From: Chitinophaga pinensis | GTDB taxonomy: Bacteria; Bacteroidota; Ignavibacteria; Kapaibacteriales; Kapaibacteriaceae | Direction: 5' to 3' | Length of the DNA: 64,000 bases | Assembly (NCBI GenBank): GCA_943372295.1 | Contig: CALRYC010000001.1 | Coordinates: 3,577-67,576, forward strand | Shown: in pieces, positions 1 through 9,958 of the stretch | Numbering within the stretch: the stretch's first letter is position 1 | How the letters are laid out: each line of letters starts with the position of its first letter | Translations under genes and position numbers: made by a program | Notes under the pieces: generated by a model | Databases searched by the model: none | Told to the model about the DNA's origin: nothing | The model's input: only the letters and a program-made list of their open reading frames with translations

Positions 1-1377
1 CTCGTGATCGAGTGGAACGATCTTTCCGTTGACTTTGGCACCGATACAGCGCGCGCCCACCTGCGAGTGAATGTCAAACGCAAAGTCGATCGGGGTAGCC
101 CCCTTCGGAAGGATCCTGAGTTCACCCTTGGGCGTGAAGACGTAGATCTCATCCTGGTAGAGGTTTAGCTTGAAGCTCTCCAAAAGCTCCTGAGCGGCCT
201 CGTCACCGGCGTTCTCAAACACGTCGCGCACCCACGTGGCCCATTCTTCAAGGTCCGACGCGTCAACCCAGCTGGCGGTCGACCCCGTGCTGGCCTTGTA
301 GCGGAAGTGTGCCGCAACGCCGCGCTCGGCAAAGTCGTGCATGGCCCGTGTACGGATCTGCACCTCAAGGGGCTTACCATCACCGCTGATCACCGAGGTG
401 TGCAGCGACTGATAGCCGTTCTTTTTCGGGACGCTGATGAAGTTCTTGAAACGCTCGGGAATGGGACGGTAGATTTCACTCACGATTCCGTAGGCAAGGA
501 AGCAGTCGTTGTTGTCTTCGGTATCGAGAATGATGCGTATGGCCATAAGGTCGTACATCTCGTCGACCGTTTTTCCCTGTGCCAGCATCTTGCGATAGAT
601 GGAGTAGAGGTGCTTTGGGCGACCATTGATCTCAAAGGTCAACCCGTTCTCAGTAAGCTTCTCGGCGATCGGTGCGGCGAATCGCTCGATGGTCTCCTGA
701 AGCTCGCGACGCGATTTGTTGACGCGCAGCTGGATGTCGTCATAGGCATCGCGGTTAAGCACCTTGAAGGACAGATCCTCAAGCTCCCACTTCATGTTCC
801 CCAGGCCGAACCGGTGGGCGAAGGGGGCATAGATCTCCATGGTTTCGCGGGCCAGACGTTCCTGACGCTCGCGTGGCAGCGAATCGATCGTACGCATGTT
901 GTGCAATCGGTCGGCGAACTTGACGAGGATCACGCGCACATCGTTGACCAATGACAGCAGGAGCTTACGGTAGTTCTCGGCCTGGGTGATCTCTCGACTT
1001 TTGAACACATCGCTGATCTTTGTCGCACCGTCGACGACCTCTGCCACCTCCGCACCAAACTCCGCCCGCACGTCCTTGAGCGTAAAGGACGTGTCTTCCA
1101 CCACATCATGCAGCAGCGCCGCCACAACGCTTACATCGTCGAGCGGGATCTCCCGCATAACGATCAGGGCCACGTTGGCCGGGTGCGTGTAGTAGGGCTC
1201 ACCGGACATGCGAACGTCTTTTTCGTGGGCCTTGACGCAGAAGCGGAACGCCCGTTCGATCAGGTCGGGATTGAACCGCGTCAGATTACGGCGGCCTTCC
1301 TCAAGCAGAAACGCCAGGTCTTTTTCGACGTCATTACCGAAGACATACGAAGGAAGCTCCTCAAAGGAGCGGCGCAT
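1..1377 (-). CDS. relA: RelA/SpoT-family bifunctional (p)ppGpp synthetase/hydrolase, N-terminal ~459 codons; 3' end runs off the window
   Basis: Absent from the ORF track because it is open at the window edge. Manual minus-strand translation from ATG at 1377 gives MRRSFEELPSYVFGNDVEKDL...YYTHPANVALIV...AALLHDVVEDT (HD hydrolase), NMRTIDSLPRERQERLARET, and a TGS-like VFTPKGELRILPKGATPIDFAFDIHSQVG. Plus-strand ORFs 307..954, 1108..1425 and others are antisense shadows. Confidence 0.9.
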   Translation of the reverse strand, partial: MRRSFEELPSYVFGNDVEKDLAFLLEEGRRNLTRFNPDLIERAFRFCVKAHEKDVRMSGEPYYTHPANVALIVMREIPLDDVSVVAALLHDVVEDTSFTLKDVRAEFGAEVAEVVDGATKISDVFKSREITQAENYRKLLLSLVNDVRVILVKFADRLHNMRTIDSLPRERQERLARETMEIYAPFAHRFGLGNMKWELEDLSFKVLNRDAYDDIQLRVNKSRRELQETIERFAAPIAEKLTENGLTFEINGRPKHLYSIYRKMLAQGKTVDEMYDLMAIRIILDTEDNNDCFLAYGIVSEIYRPIPERFKNFISVPKKNGYQSLHTSVISGDGKPLEVQIRTRAMHDFAERGVAAHFRYKASTGSTASWVDASDLEEWATWVRDVFENAGDEAAQELLESFKLNLYQDEIYVFTPKGELRILPKGATPIDFAFDIHSQVGARCIGAKVNGKIVPLDHE

Positions 1378-1414
1378 GCGGAGCGATGTGGAGGCACTTC
1401 GCCTCATAGGCAAT

Positions 1415-4273
1415 TCAACGATTGATGAACGTGGAGTGCATTCGGCGATTCATCGTGCGAGCGATGACAAAGTAACTCCCGGAGGCCAAGTTCGACGTGT
1501 CGAAACTCCCGGAGGCCTCGGCAAGACGCCCGTCATAGACCGTCAAAAGTTTTTGACCCGTTACGCTGAACACTTCCACCACGGCATGCTCAGCCCCGTA
1601 TGCGCCGACATTTTCAACGCGCCAGTTCATGCCTCTGGAGGCCGAGCCGAACACGGCAAGTACCGGAGCGTCGGCGTCCTGATTCGACTCATCAACTGAC
1701 GTCTGAACGGTGTCGGGATTCTGGGCCTCTTCCAGCCAGGCCAGTCCGCGGTCGAGGATCTGCGTGCGCTGCACTCCGTCGAGAAACCGCGAAGCGTTGA
1801 TGCCCATCACAATGCAGCGCAGTGTCAGCTTTTCCATACGCACAGCACCCGAGGCCGTATCGCCCTTGCGGATCATCATGCTCTTGGAGGAACTCAAGGG
1901 GCGCAGCAGGAAATTCGGAACGTACTTGCCCCCTCGCTGATGGTCGAGACGCGGTAGCTGGCAGTCGATCAGCGACATGCCGGCCGTGACAGGGTCACCG
2001 ATCACACCGGTGAAGATGCGCTGACCTTTGAGTACATCGTCGGACTCAGCGCCCAGCGGGGCCGCACCGAGGCTACGGAAGAATGCGCCCGACATGGGCG
2101 ACTCGAGGCGCAGTGCCAGCGGGTCGTCGGCGATCAGAAAGACGTCTACGTTGCGGTCAATCAGCGACATGAGCACGGCCTCATCAACGGCGCTGATCTC
2201 CCCGAACGAGCCGCTGTTCCAGAGCATGGTCTTGAGGGAACGAAGCTTGTCGGCCACGCCCACGAATACATCCGACGTGATCGTCACATAGCCCATGCGC
2301 GAGGTCAGCGCAACGGCCTCACGAATGTCGAACGTGCCATTGCGTTCATCCTGCACGACCACGCGGCGCAGGCCTGCCGGCACCACCACGGTGGTCGCCT
2401 GAAGCCCCATCACATCCTTGTCGAGCATTTCCATGATCTCGCAGCGCGTCACCGACAGCGTGTCGAGCGTCGGCACAACCACCGCCACGCTGGCGCTGGC
2501 TCCGGCGGCGACCGTCAACGGCTCGGGCAATGCGCTCCACGGCGTGCTGCGTCCGGTGCGGTCACTTGTCCAGCGAACCTTCAGCACCGGGCTTGCCGAG
2601 GTGGCCGTGGCGTTGTTGTAGAGAAACGTTAGCGTGTCTCCGCTGCGGGCAGCAACCACGTCGCGTTCTGCAGTAAGGGCATTCTCGGCGGCCAGATCCA
2701 GCCGGCAGACGCGCGCCGTGGCACGGTCGACGAACCAGATGCGCTGGTCCGGGCCGACGGTAATGCCGAGCAGTTCCGTAGCGCCGGTAGAGATGGCACC
2801 AAGATGGGCAACGCCGGGATCCGCAATGTCGAACACGTGAATGCGACCGTCGGCGCGGTCGCCAACCAGAAGGCGCGTGCCCACAACGTCGATGCCGACC
2901 GGAGTCTTGAGACTGTCGGAGACGACGGTGGCCAGGCGAGCCCCAACGACCGAGGTGAACTCGGTGAGATTTTCAGCACTCGAAGGGGGCATCTCCAGCG
3001 TGTCCTTGACGCTGCCGGATCTCGTGTCGAGCCGGTGCACGAGGGACTTCCCGGGGTCGATGTAATAAAGCCACCCCGTGCTTCTGTCGAGGCACACATG
3101 CGCTGGCTGGCCGCGCACTCCGGGTGAGATCACAGTCTCGATGTACCGGCGGATGACGCCGTCGCGGTGATCGGTTCCGCCCACTTCGTGCGGATCCCGG
3201 AAGTCATAGCGTGAGATGCCGCCATAGCGTGCATCCAGCACCCAGTAGATGTTTGCCGTGTCATGCGCAATGCCCAGGCACCACGGATTCTGATGAAGCA
3301 TATCGAGGTGAGAGGCAAGCCGGCGGTCTTCGTTCTGATAGCGAGAGGCGAACACTGCCGTGTCACTCGACCACAGGGTGGGACCCATGAACATGTAGTT
3401 CACGTCACCTTCGCCTGGCTCACCGTTCTGAGCCGTGGCAAAAGAACCGTTGGTGCCCATGGCGATGCCATGCGTGCGCCACATGAAGTGCGAAGCCCGG
3501 GCATCCTTCTTTGTGCGAACCGTCGGACGTGCCGACGTGGCCTCGTGAATGATCGCCATGGCGTGTCCACCCCTGTCGGCCATCACGACCCAAAGATCAC
3601 GTCCGCTAAGGGGCGTGCGGTTGAAGTCAAGATCGATCGGCTCCATGATCCCATCGGTCGGTCCTGCCACGGTAGTAACGATCGGAGTGGACTTGATATA
3701 GCGATCAATGTATTCAGACGAGGCAGCAAGCTGCTGGGAAGATGCTCCGTCGGCAACCAGACCGATGAGGCGCTCCACATCCATGTAGGGCGAGTCGGAA
3801 TACACCGCCCCTTTGATCTGGCCTCTGGCAACGACGATCGTTGCATGCAGATCACGAAGCGTGTCGTTGATCATGCGCTGCGCTCCGATGCCGCGAGCCG
3901 CTGAGCCGTCGGTATCGGGCACATAGCGGAATACCGTTGCGTCGATGCCGTACGCGCTGACGAGGTCATTCCAGCGCTCTGCCGGATCGGCACTCATGGC
4001 CACAACGCTGATGCCTAGGCGACGCAGTTCTGCAGCGCGAGTGTTGAGATACGTCAGCTGCTCGACGCAGTGACTGCACCGGTAGCCCAGGTACCGCACA
4101 AGAATGACGCTGCCGTCGGCAGCGCTGATCGGTAAGCCGGAAAGGGCGCTGGTGAGTTCTTGCCGCGAAGGCGCAGGGAACAGACCACCGTCGTGATCCA
4201 TGACGTCATCGCCGGCGGCCGGCAGCTGCATGCTGGAGATGACAACAAGCGAAAGAAGGAGCAGTGTCTTCAT
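1415..4273 (-). CDS. Large secreted multidomain protein: N-terminal thioredoxin-like (CxxC) domain, beta-propeller/NHL-like repeats, T9SS C-terminal sorting domain
   Basis: ORF 1415..4333. The likely start is the internal MKTLLLLSLVVISSMQLPAA signal peptide at 4273. CSHC redox motif (YLGYRCSHCVEQL). The C-terminus VVEVFSVTGQKLLTVYDG...SGSYFVIARTMNRRMHSTFINR is typical of T9SS type A CTDs. Confidence 0.7.
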   Translation of the reverse strand: MKTLLLLSLVVISSMQLPAAGDDVMDHDGGLFPAPSRQELTSALSGLPISAADGSVILVRYLGYRCSHCVEQLTYLNTRAAELRRLGISVVAMSADPAERWNDLVSAYGIDATVFRYVPDTDGSAARGIGAQRMINDTLRDLHATIVVARGQIKGAVYSDSPYMDVERLIGLVADGASSQQLAASSEYIDRYIKSTPIVTTVAGPTDGIMEPIDLDFNRTPLSGRDLWVVMADRGGHAMAIIHEATSARPTVRTKKDARASHFMWRTHGIAMGTNGSFATAQNGEPGEGDVNYMFMGPTLWSSDTAVFASRYQNEDRRLASHLDMLHQNPWCLGIAHDTANIYWVLDARYGGISRYDFRDPHEVGGTDHRDGVIRRYIETVISPGVRGQPAHVCLDRSTGWLYYIDPGKSLVHRLDTRSGSVKDTLEMPPSSAENLTEFTSVVGARLATVVSDSLKTPVGIDVVGTRLLVGDRADGRIHVFDIADPGVAHLGAISTGATELLGITVGPDQRIWFVDRATARVCRLDLAAENALTAERDVVAARSGDTLTFLYNNATATSASPVLKVRWTSDRTGRSTPWSALPEPLTVAAGASASVAVVVPTLDTLSVTRCEIMEMLDKDVMGLQATTVVVPAGLRRVVVQDERNGTFDIREAVALTSRMGYVTITSDVFVGVADKLRSLKTMLWNSGSFGEISAVDEAVLMSLIDRNVDVFLIADDPLALRLESPMSGAFFRSLGAAPLGAESDDVLKGQRIFTGVIGDPVTAGMSLIDCQLPRLDHQRGGKYVPNFLLRPLSSSKSMMIRKGDTASGAVRMEKLTLRCIVMGINASRFLDGVQRTQILDRGLAWLEEAQNPDTVQTSVDESNQDADAPVLAVFGSASRGMNWRVENVGAYGAEHAVVEVFSVTGQKLLTVYDGRLAEASGSFDTSNLASGSYFVIARTMNRRMHSTFINR

Positions 4274-4373
4274 GTCGGGGTAAGCTGGTGAATTGGCGCA
4301 GATATTCGCCGAACCGATAACCGTGAACGCCATGGTGAAGTTACACGGTTCCGTGGTGTCCGCCGAATAAAGC

Positions 4374-4410
4374 AGAAGGCCTTCGCCGGTTGCACCGACG
4401 AAGGCCTTCT
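4374..4410 (-). terminator. Perfect 12-bp stem / 13-nt loop hairpin downstream of tRNA-Pro
   Basis: agaaggccttcg (4374-4385) pairs with cgaaggccttct (4399-4410). On the minus strand it is followed by GCTTTATTCGG. Confidence 0.5.
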
Positions 4411-4423
4411 GTCAAACGTGTTG

Positions 4424-4498
4424 TCGGGGTGGCAGGATTCGAACCTGCGACCCTCTGCTCCCAAAGCAGATGCGCTAACCGGGCTGCGCTACACCCCG
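4424..4498 (-). tRNA. tRNA-Pro (anticodon TGG)
   Basis: The reverse complement folds by hand into a cloverleaf: acceptor CGGGGTG/CACCCCG, anticodon stem TCTGC/GCAGA with loop TTTGGGA, and T arm GCAGG-TTCGAAT-CCTGC. Length 75 nt; CCA is not encoded. Confidence 0.9.
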
Positions 4499-4571
4499 AG
4501 TCCAAAAGAGGAACGGCAAACCTCGTGATTTCTTCCCGAACCACAAAACTGAAAATGTTGTCGCCGATGTA

Positions 4572-4600
4572 TTGACAACGCGGGAAGATGGTGCTATTGT
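4572..4600 (+). promoter_or_regulatory. Sigma70-like promoter candidate (TTGACA-17 bp-TATTGT) upstream of the amidohydrolase gene
   Basis: TTGACA at 4572-4577, a 17-nt spacer, TATTGT at 4595-4600; about 75 bp upstream of the 4676 start. Confidence 0.35.
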
Positions 4601-4675
4601 TGCAACGTGATAGGTGAAATCGAGTGCCCCTAGACGAGTGGTGACGTCTGGGGGTGCTTCATTTTAAACGTAGTT

Positions 4676-6004
4676 TTGCACCTTATGAAGCACTCCGCAC
4701 GACTCTTCACCTGCGCACTGGCTTTAGCCGCTGCGCTCAGCGTTTTCGCCACGACGGTTGCTCTTGCCGGCGACGAGATTCCCGGCGCACCTCAGAAGCA
4801 GGTCATTGCCCTTACAAAGGCCACGATCCACACTGGTAAAGGAGTGACGTTAAAGAATGCCACGATCGTGTTCGACAAGGGGATCATCTCCGATATCGGC
4901 ACCAACGCCAGCATCCCCCAAGGGGCTCGCGTGATCGACTGTTCCGGCAAGCGCATCTATCCGGGCTTTATCGCCCCCTACACTTCGCTAGGGCTGACCG
5001 AAATCGACGCCGTCCGCGCCACGCGTGACGCTTCCGAGGTTGGCTCATTCAATCCCAACGTGCGTGCCTCAACGGCGTACAATCCGGATAGCGATCTACT
5101 TCCGACGGTCCGGCTCAATGGTGTGCTTCTGGTCAACAGTACCCCTTCGGGCGGACTTGTTTCGGGTCAGGCATCACTCATGCGCACCGACGGGTGGACG
5201 CGCGAGGACCTAGCCGTCAAAGCCTCTTCGGCGATGGTCATGTCATGGCCATCGATGGAGGTCAGCACGGGATGGTGGGAATCCAAGAGTCCGGATGAGC
5301 AGCGCAAAGCATCAGCCGATGCCGTGCGTGAGATCTACGACCTGTTTCGCAATGCCAAGGCCTACGGTGATGCGGCACGTGCCGGCATAGACACGGCCGT
5401 GCGTGACATTCGTTACGAGGCCATGCGCATCTTGTTTGATACGGACGTCCCATTGATGATCTCGGCCTCGACGAAGAGGCAGATCGAATCGGTGATCGAC
5501 TTCAAGGAAATGTTCGGCCTGAAGATCATCATCACCGATGCCGACGATGCGCATCGCGTCATTCCGCAGCTGCAGAAGTCGGGCATTCCGGTGATCATCC
5601 CTCGCGTACATAGTCTGCCGCGGCGGGATGAGGATCCGTACGACGCCCCCTTCACGCTGGCCGCAACACTGGCCAAGGCAAACATTCCGTTTGCATTTAC
5701 CGACAACGGCTCATGGCAGCAGCGCAACCTTCCGTTTCTTGCCGGCACGGCACGCGCCTTTGGTCTGTCCGAGGAAGACGCCATCACTGCGCTAACTTAC
5801 TGGCCGGCTATGATGTTCGGTGTGGAAGGACAATACGGTTCGCTCGAGAAGGGTAAGAGCGCCACATTGTTTGTCAGTAACGGTGACGCGCTCGACACGA
5901 AGTCCAACTTCCTGACGCTGGCCTTCATTGACGGACGGGAGCTTGAGCTCACCTCACGGCACACCAAGCTTGCCAAGAAGTATCGCGAGCGCGGCAAGCG
6001 GTGA
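4676..6004 (+). CDS. Secreted amidohydrolase-family protein (imidazolonepropionase-related fold)
   Basis: Signal peptide MKHSARLFTCALALAAALSVFA. N-terminal beta-sandwich pattern IVFDKGIISDIG...VIDCSGKRIYPGFIAPYTSLG. The canonical HxH appears replaced (see finding). Confidence 0.6.
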   Translation: MHLMKHSARLFTCALALAAALSVFATTVALAGDEIPGAPQKQVIALTKATIHTGKGVTLKNATIVFDKGIISDIGTNASIPQGARVIDCSGKRIYPGFIAPYTSLGLTEIDAVRATRDASEVGSFNPNVRASTAYNPDSDLLPTVRLNGVLLVNSTPSGGLVSGQASLMRTDGWTREDLAVKASSAMVMSWPSMEVSTGWWESKSPDEQRKASADAVREIYDLFRNAKAYGDAARAGIDTAVRDIRYEAMRILFDTDVPLMISASTKRQIESVIDFKEMFGLKIIITDADDAHRVIPQLQKSGIPVIIPRVHSLPRRDEDPYDAPFTLAATLAKANIPFAFTDNGSWQQRNLPFLAGTARAFGLSEEDAITALTYWPAMMFGVEGQYGSLEKGKSATLFVSNGDALDTKSNFLTLAFIDGRELELTSRHTKLAKKYRERGKR

Positions 6005-6903
6005 CGTCGGCTCCTGACGGCATTCTGCTCTCTTCCGAACCCGTCGAGATCCCCCGCAGCGCTCTCTCGATGGCCCGCCGGTCGATGACCGAGGACGATT
6101 TCCATCGCTTTGCCTCGGTCACACTGCATGCCATCACGTATGCCAGCGCCGGACTGCGCATCAAGGGTTTCCTCGCACTTCCACCGGCCGGCGAGGTCAG
6201 CTATCCATCGGTGATCTTCAACCGTGGTGGCAGTGGTCCCAAGGGCGCGCTGGTTGCAGAGACGGCCATGCCCATTATCGGACTCTATGCATCATGGGGA
6301 TACGTGGCCATTGCCTCGAATTACCGTGGGACAGGGGGCTCTGAGGGTCCGGACGAATGGGGTGCGGGCGACGTAGACGACGCCATGAATGTTCTTCCGC
6401 TGCTTGATGCGATGCCGTACGTCGACCAAGACCGCATCGGGATCGTCGGCGGCAGCCGCGGCGGCATGATGACCTACATGATGCTGCGACGCACGCAGCG
6501 TCTGCGTGCTGCGGTAACCTTTGGAGCCCCTTCACAGATCCACGCCGTCGAAGCTAATGCCTACATCCGACGCACGATGGCCAAGCACCTTGCCGATGGG
6601 GCAAACGAGCAGCTCGAGGCCGAGCGGCGCAGTGCCGTGTGCTGGGCTTCTGAGATGTCGCCCGAAACGCCTCTGCTCATTCTGCATGGAACGGGCGACC
6701 GGCGCGTCGACCCGACGCACAGCCTGCGTCTTGCAACCGAGTTGCAACAACTGCATCGACCATACAAGCTGATCATGTACGACAATGCCGATCATGTGCT
6801 TGCCGGACGAAGGAACGAATCCAACAACGATATTCGTTGGTGGTTAGACCATTACGTGCGGGGCCGCGCTCCGTTGCCGCGCACGGGACCACACGGCGCC
6901 TGA
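6001..6903 (+). CDS. S9 prolyl-oligopeptidase-family alpha/beta hydrolase
   Basis: GTG start overlapping the upstream stop. Nucleophile elbow IGIVGGSRGGMMTY, LILHGTGDRRVD, NADHVL (Ser-Asp-His order). Confidence 0.7.
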   Translation: MTSAPDGILLSSEPVEIPRSALSMARRSMTEDDFHRFASVTLHAITYASAGLRIKGFLALPPAGEVSYPSVIFNRGGSGPKGALVAETAMPIIGLYASWGYVAIASNYRGTGGSEGPDEWGAGDVDDAMNVLPLLDAMPYVDQDRIGIVGGSRGGMMTYMMLRRTQRLRAAVTFGAPSQIHAVEANAYIRRTMAKHLADGANEQLEAERRSAVCWASEMSPETPLLILHGTGDRRVDPTHSLRLATELQQLHRPYKLIMYDNADHVLAGRRNESNNDIRWWLDHYVRGRAPLPRTGPHGA

Positions 6904-6946
6904 ACCGGCTTCAGGCTTTGACATTCATCACCGCAGTACTGCTACC

Positions 6947-9004
6947 ATGAGCTTTCCTCGACCACTTCAGCGTCTTACGCTTACGCTGCTTGCCGCCGTT
7001 GCCTTCAGCCCCCTGCATGCACAGGAGGACAAACAGTCGTTTCTCGACTGGATGATCACCGATCACGGTCTGCTCGACCAGATGCGCCCGATGCACTCGG
7101 AGCTGGCGATGGTTGACGCGTTTCCGCGCGTGGCAATCGATACCACGCTGGATGTAACGCGCTATGACATCGTGTGGGATATGTATTCAGCGCTGCTGAC
7201 CGATCGCGACAAGCGTCCGCAGCGTAAAGCCAGCGCGTCGGTCCGGATCACGGCTCGATCACGGTTTGCCGGCATGACGCAGATCCGCTTGAACAGCGTC
7301 TCGCTGATCGTCGATTCGGTTGTCAGTAACGGGGCGGCTCTGCCGTTCACAACCGCGTCGAACCGACTGCAGATCACACCTGGTAAGCCCCTTGACAGGG
7401 GAGACTCGATCACATTTACCGTCTACTATGCCATCACGCAGGATCAGTCGTGGCTGAGCATCTATTCCAAGAATGACGTTGCGCAGAATTCGATCCCTAC
7501 GGGCAGCTTCTTCACCTTTGCTCAGCCGGAGGGCGCGCGCACGTGGTTGCCGTGTAATGACATTCCGAGCGATAAGGCCATCTTCACCGTGCGTGTGCGA
7601 GTGCCAAAGGATTTCACGGTGGTCTCCAACGGTGTGCCTACCGATTCGGTGCCCGACGGAGATACGGCCTCCTGGCAGTCATGGTCGCACGATCAGCTGA
7701 TGCCAACGTATCTGCTGACGATCAACGCGGCCGTGTACAAGTACTATCCGCAGGAGTACCGACGTAAGGATGGTTCGACCGTGCCGATCATGAACTACCA
7801 CTTCTCTGTCGACCATGAGGGCGCTCAGTACAACGCCGTGCGCGCGCTGGCCAATTCGCCCAAGTGGTTTGAAGCGCTCGAGTCACGACTCGGCACCTAT
7901 CCATTCTCTACCTATGGTCATGTGACCGTCACGCCGATCCAGTTCGGTGGGATGGAGCATCAGACGATGTCGACCATCAATCGCATTTGGCTGACCGGCA
8001 ATTACGAGAACGGCTACGTGCACGAAGTGGCGCACCACTGGATCGGAGATCTCGTGACGTGCGCAACGTGGGCAGACATCTGGCTGAACGAAGGCGGGGC
8101 ATCTTTCTGCGAGGCCCTCTACTATGAATACGTCGATGGCCGCAATGGTTACCAGGATCGTCTGCGCCGCTTCCGCGACTCCTACCTGCGTGTGGGCCTG
8201 GGCGGCACGCCGGTGTACGATCCGCCGCCGGCCGCATTCTTCAGCGGCGCGCTTACGTATGCCAAGGCCGGATGGATCTATCACATGATCCGCAGGAACG
8301 TTGGCAACGACGATGCCTTCTTCGCTGGATGGCGCGAGTACTTCGACACCTATCGGCTGGGGTCGGCGCAGACTTGGGAGTACCTGGATTTTCTCAAAAA
8401 GAAGCACCCCAATCCTGCCGTTGACTGGGACGTGTTCTTCGATCAATGGCTCGTCAAGTCAGGGCATCCAGTCTTGGTCGTCAACTCCCTGCAGACAGCG
8501 CCGGGCAAGTATTCCGTGACTATTCGTCAGACCCAGGTCGGGGTAACAATTCCGTCGGCATTTACGCTGTCACTGCGTCTGAGAGCGCGCAAGGGGGCTC
8601 AGGAGGCAGACCTGGTAGTGCCTGTGTCGAAGGTAGCCGAAACAGTAACGTGGGATCTGCCGTTCGATCCGGACACGGTGATCGTTGATCCGAACCGCGA
8701 CATCCTCATGGAGGTTGAATCAACCGTTACTTCGGTGAATGACTCAGAGTCGGACGCATCATGGGTGCGCATCATCGGACGTCAGCCGCATACCATCGGC
8801 GGCGACATTGTCGTCTATGCCCAGTCGGCCGCTCCTGCCCGGATGCAGCTGGTCGATGTCTCCGGACGCACCGTTGCCGAGGGTTCCATCGTGAACGGAA
8901 CCGGCGTGGTATCGACCTCCTCGCTCAGCGTCGGACGCTACATGCTGCTTGTTGACGACGGTCAGCGCCGCACGCTTCTGCCCGTTGCGATCTTCAATCC
9001 GTAA
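6947..9004 (+). CDS. M1-family zinc aminopeptidase with T9SS C-terminal sorting domain
   Basis: FGGMEHQTM (GxMEN-like). HEVAHHW followed by 18 residues then E of NEG (HExxH-x18-E). Signal peptide. C-terminus VSGRTVAEGS...VGRYMLLVDDGQRRTLLPVAIFNP. Confidence 0.85.
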   Translation: MSFPRPLQRLTLTLLAAVAFSPLHAQEDKQSFLDWMITDHGLLDQMRPMHSELAMVDAFPRVAIDTTLDVTRYDIVWDMYSALLTDRDKRPQRKASASVRITARSRFAGMTQIRLNSVSLIVDSVVSNGAALPFTTASNRLQITPGKPLDRGDSITFTVYYAITQDQSWLSIYSKNDVAQNSIPTGSFFTFAQPEGARTWLPCNDIPSDKAIFTVRVRVPKDFTVVSNGVPTDSVPDGDTASWQSWSHDQLMPTYLLTINAAVYKYYPQEYRRKDGSTVPIMNYHFSVDHEGAQYNAVRALANSPKWFEALESRLGTYPFSTYGHVTVTPIQFGGMEHQTMSTINRIWLTGNYENGYVHEVAHHWIGDLVTCATWADIWLNEGGASFCEALYYEYVDGRNGYQDRLRRFRDSYLRVGLGGTPVYDPPPAAFFSGALTYAKAGWIYHMIRRNVGNDDAFFAGWREYFDTYRLGSAQTWEYLDFLKKKHPNPAVDWDVFFDQWLVKSGHPVLVVNSLQTAPGKYSVTIRQTQVGVTIPSAFTLSLRLRARKGAQEADLVVPVSKVAETVTWDLPFDPDTVIVDPNRDILMEVESTVTSVNDSESDASWVRIIGRQPHTIGGDIVVYAQSAAPARMQLVDVSGRTVAEGSIVNGTGVVSTSSLSVGRYMLLVDDGQRRTLLPVAIFNP

Positions 9005-9019
9005 TCAGCAGAAACCCCC

Positions 9020-9673
9020 ATGTCCCAGCACGACATCGACATCTCAGCACTGCGCAAGGAGTACACGCGCGACGGACTGGACGAGCGGGGCATCAACCGC
9101 GACCCGATCGTGCAGTTCTCTTCGTGGCTCAGCGAAGCCATCGCCGCCGAGGCACTCGAGCCCACGGCCATGGTACTATCGACCGTTTCGTCCGAAGGAG
9201 CCCCCTCCTCACGCGTTGTTCTGTTGAAGGGTCTCGACGGCGGCGCGATGCACTTTTACACCAACTACGACAGCCGAAAGGGGCGAGAGCTTTCGCACAA
9301 TCCCCACGCCGCGCTGCTCTTCTTCTGGCCCGAGCTCGAGCGACAAGTGCGCATCGAAGGCAATGTCCGGCGCATCAGCCCCGAGGCCTCTACGGCCTAC
9401 TTCCATTCCCGTCCTTTCGAGAGTCAGCTCGGAGCAGCATCATCACCCCAGAGTCAGGTGATCTCTTCCCGCTCCGAACTCGACCAGCGCTTTGCCGAAC
9501 TGGCCGCCGCCAACGCTGGCCGCACCACCATCGAACGTCCAGACCATTGGGGCGGCTTTGCTCTTGATCCCCACACGATCGAGTTCTGGCAGGGCAGGCC
9601 CTCGCGCATGCACGACCGCCTGCGGTTCCGAAAAGCAAATGAAGTCTGGATGATCGAACGTCTGGCGCCGTAG
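9020..9673 (+). CDS. pdxH: Pyridoxamine 5'-phosphate oxidase
   Basis: RVVLLKGLD, FYTNYDSRKGREL, NPHAALLFFWPELERQVRIEG, PDHWGGFALDPHTIEFWQGRPSRMHDRLRF. Confidence 0.92.
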   Translation: MSQHDIDISALRKEYTRDGLDERGINRDPIVQFSSWLSEAIAAEALEPTAMVLSTVSSEGAPSSRVVLLKGLDGGAMHFYTNYDSRKGRELSHNPHAALLFFWPELERQVRIEGNVRRISPEASTAYFHSRPFESQLGAASSPQSQVISSRSELDQRFAELAAANAGRTTIERPDHWGGFALDPHTIEFWQGRPSRMHDRLRFRKANEVWMIERLAP

Positions 9674-9905
9674 CGGAGGGAAGCCGAAGCGGAGGGAAAC
9701 GCGCGGAGCGCGAGGGAAGCCGTAGCGGAGGGAAGCGCGCAAGCGCGAGGGAAGCCGAAGCGGAGGGAAGCGCGCAAGCGCGAGGGAAGCCGTAGCGGAG
9801 GGAAGCCGAAGCGGAGGGAAACCTGCGGAGGGAAACCTGCGGAGGGAAACCTGCGGAGGGACACCTGCGGAGGGAAACCTGCGGAGGGAAGCGCGCAAGC
9901 GCGAG
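9672..9905. repeat. Array of GGAGGGAAGCCGAAGC-type units (16-mer, 14-mer GGAGGGAAACCTGC and GAGGGAAGCGCGCAAGCGC variants), forward orientation
   Basis: Read directly. Starts at the pdxH stop codon. Confidence 0.9.
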
Positions 9906-9958
9906 TTGTCACGTTTCGTACGATGATCAGTACATGGTGAGAAAATGGGAGCTCAATC

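Noticed and set aside
307-1699. Plus-strand ORFs 307..954, 986..1192, 1108..1425 and 1208..1699.
   Set aside because: These are antisense shadows of the RelA/SpoT gene (and of the start of the 1415..4273 gene) in GC-rich DNA. The minus strand gives unmistakable RelA/SpoT motifs.
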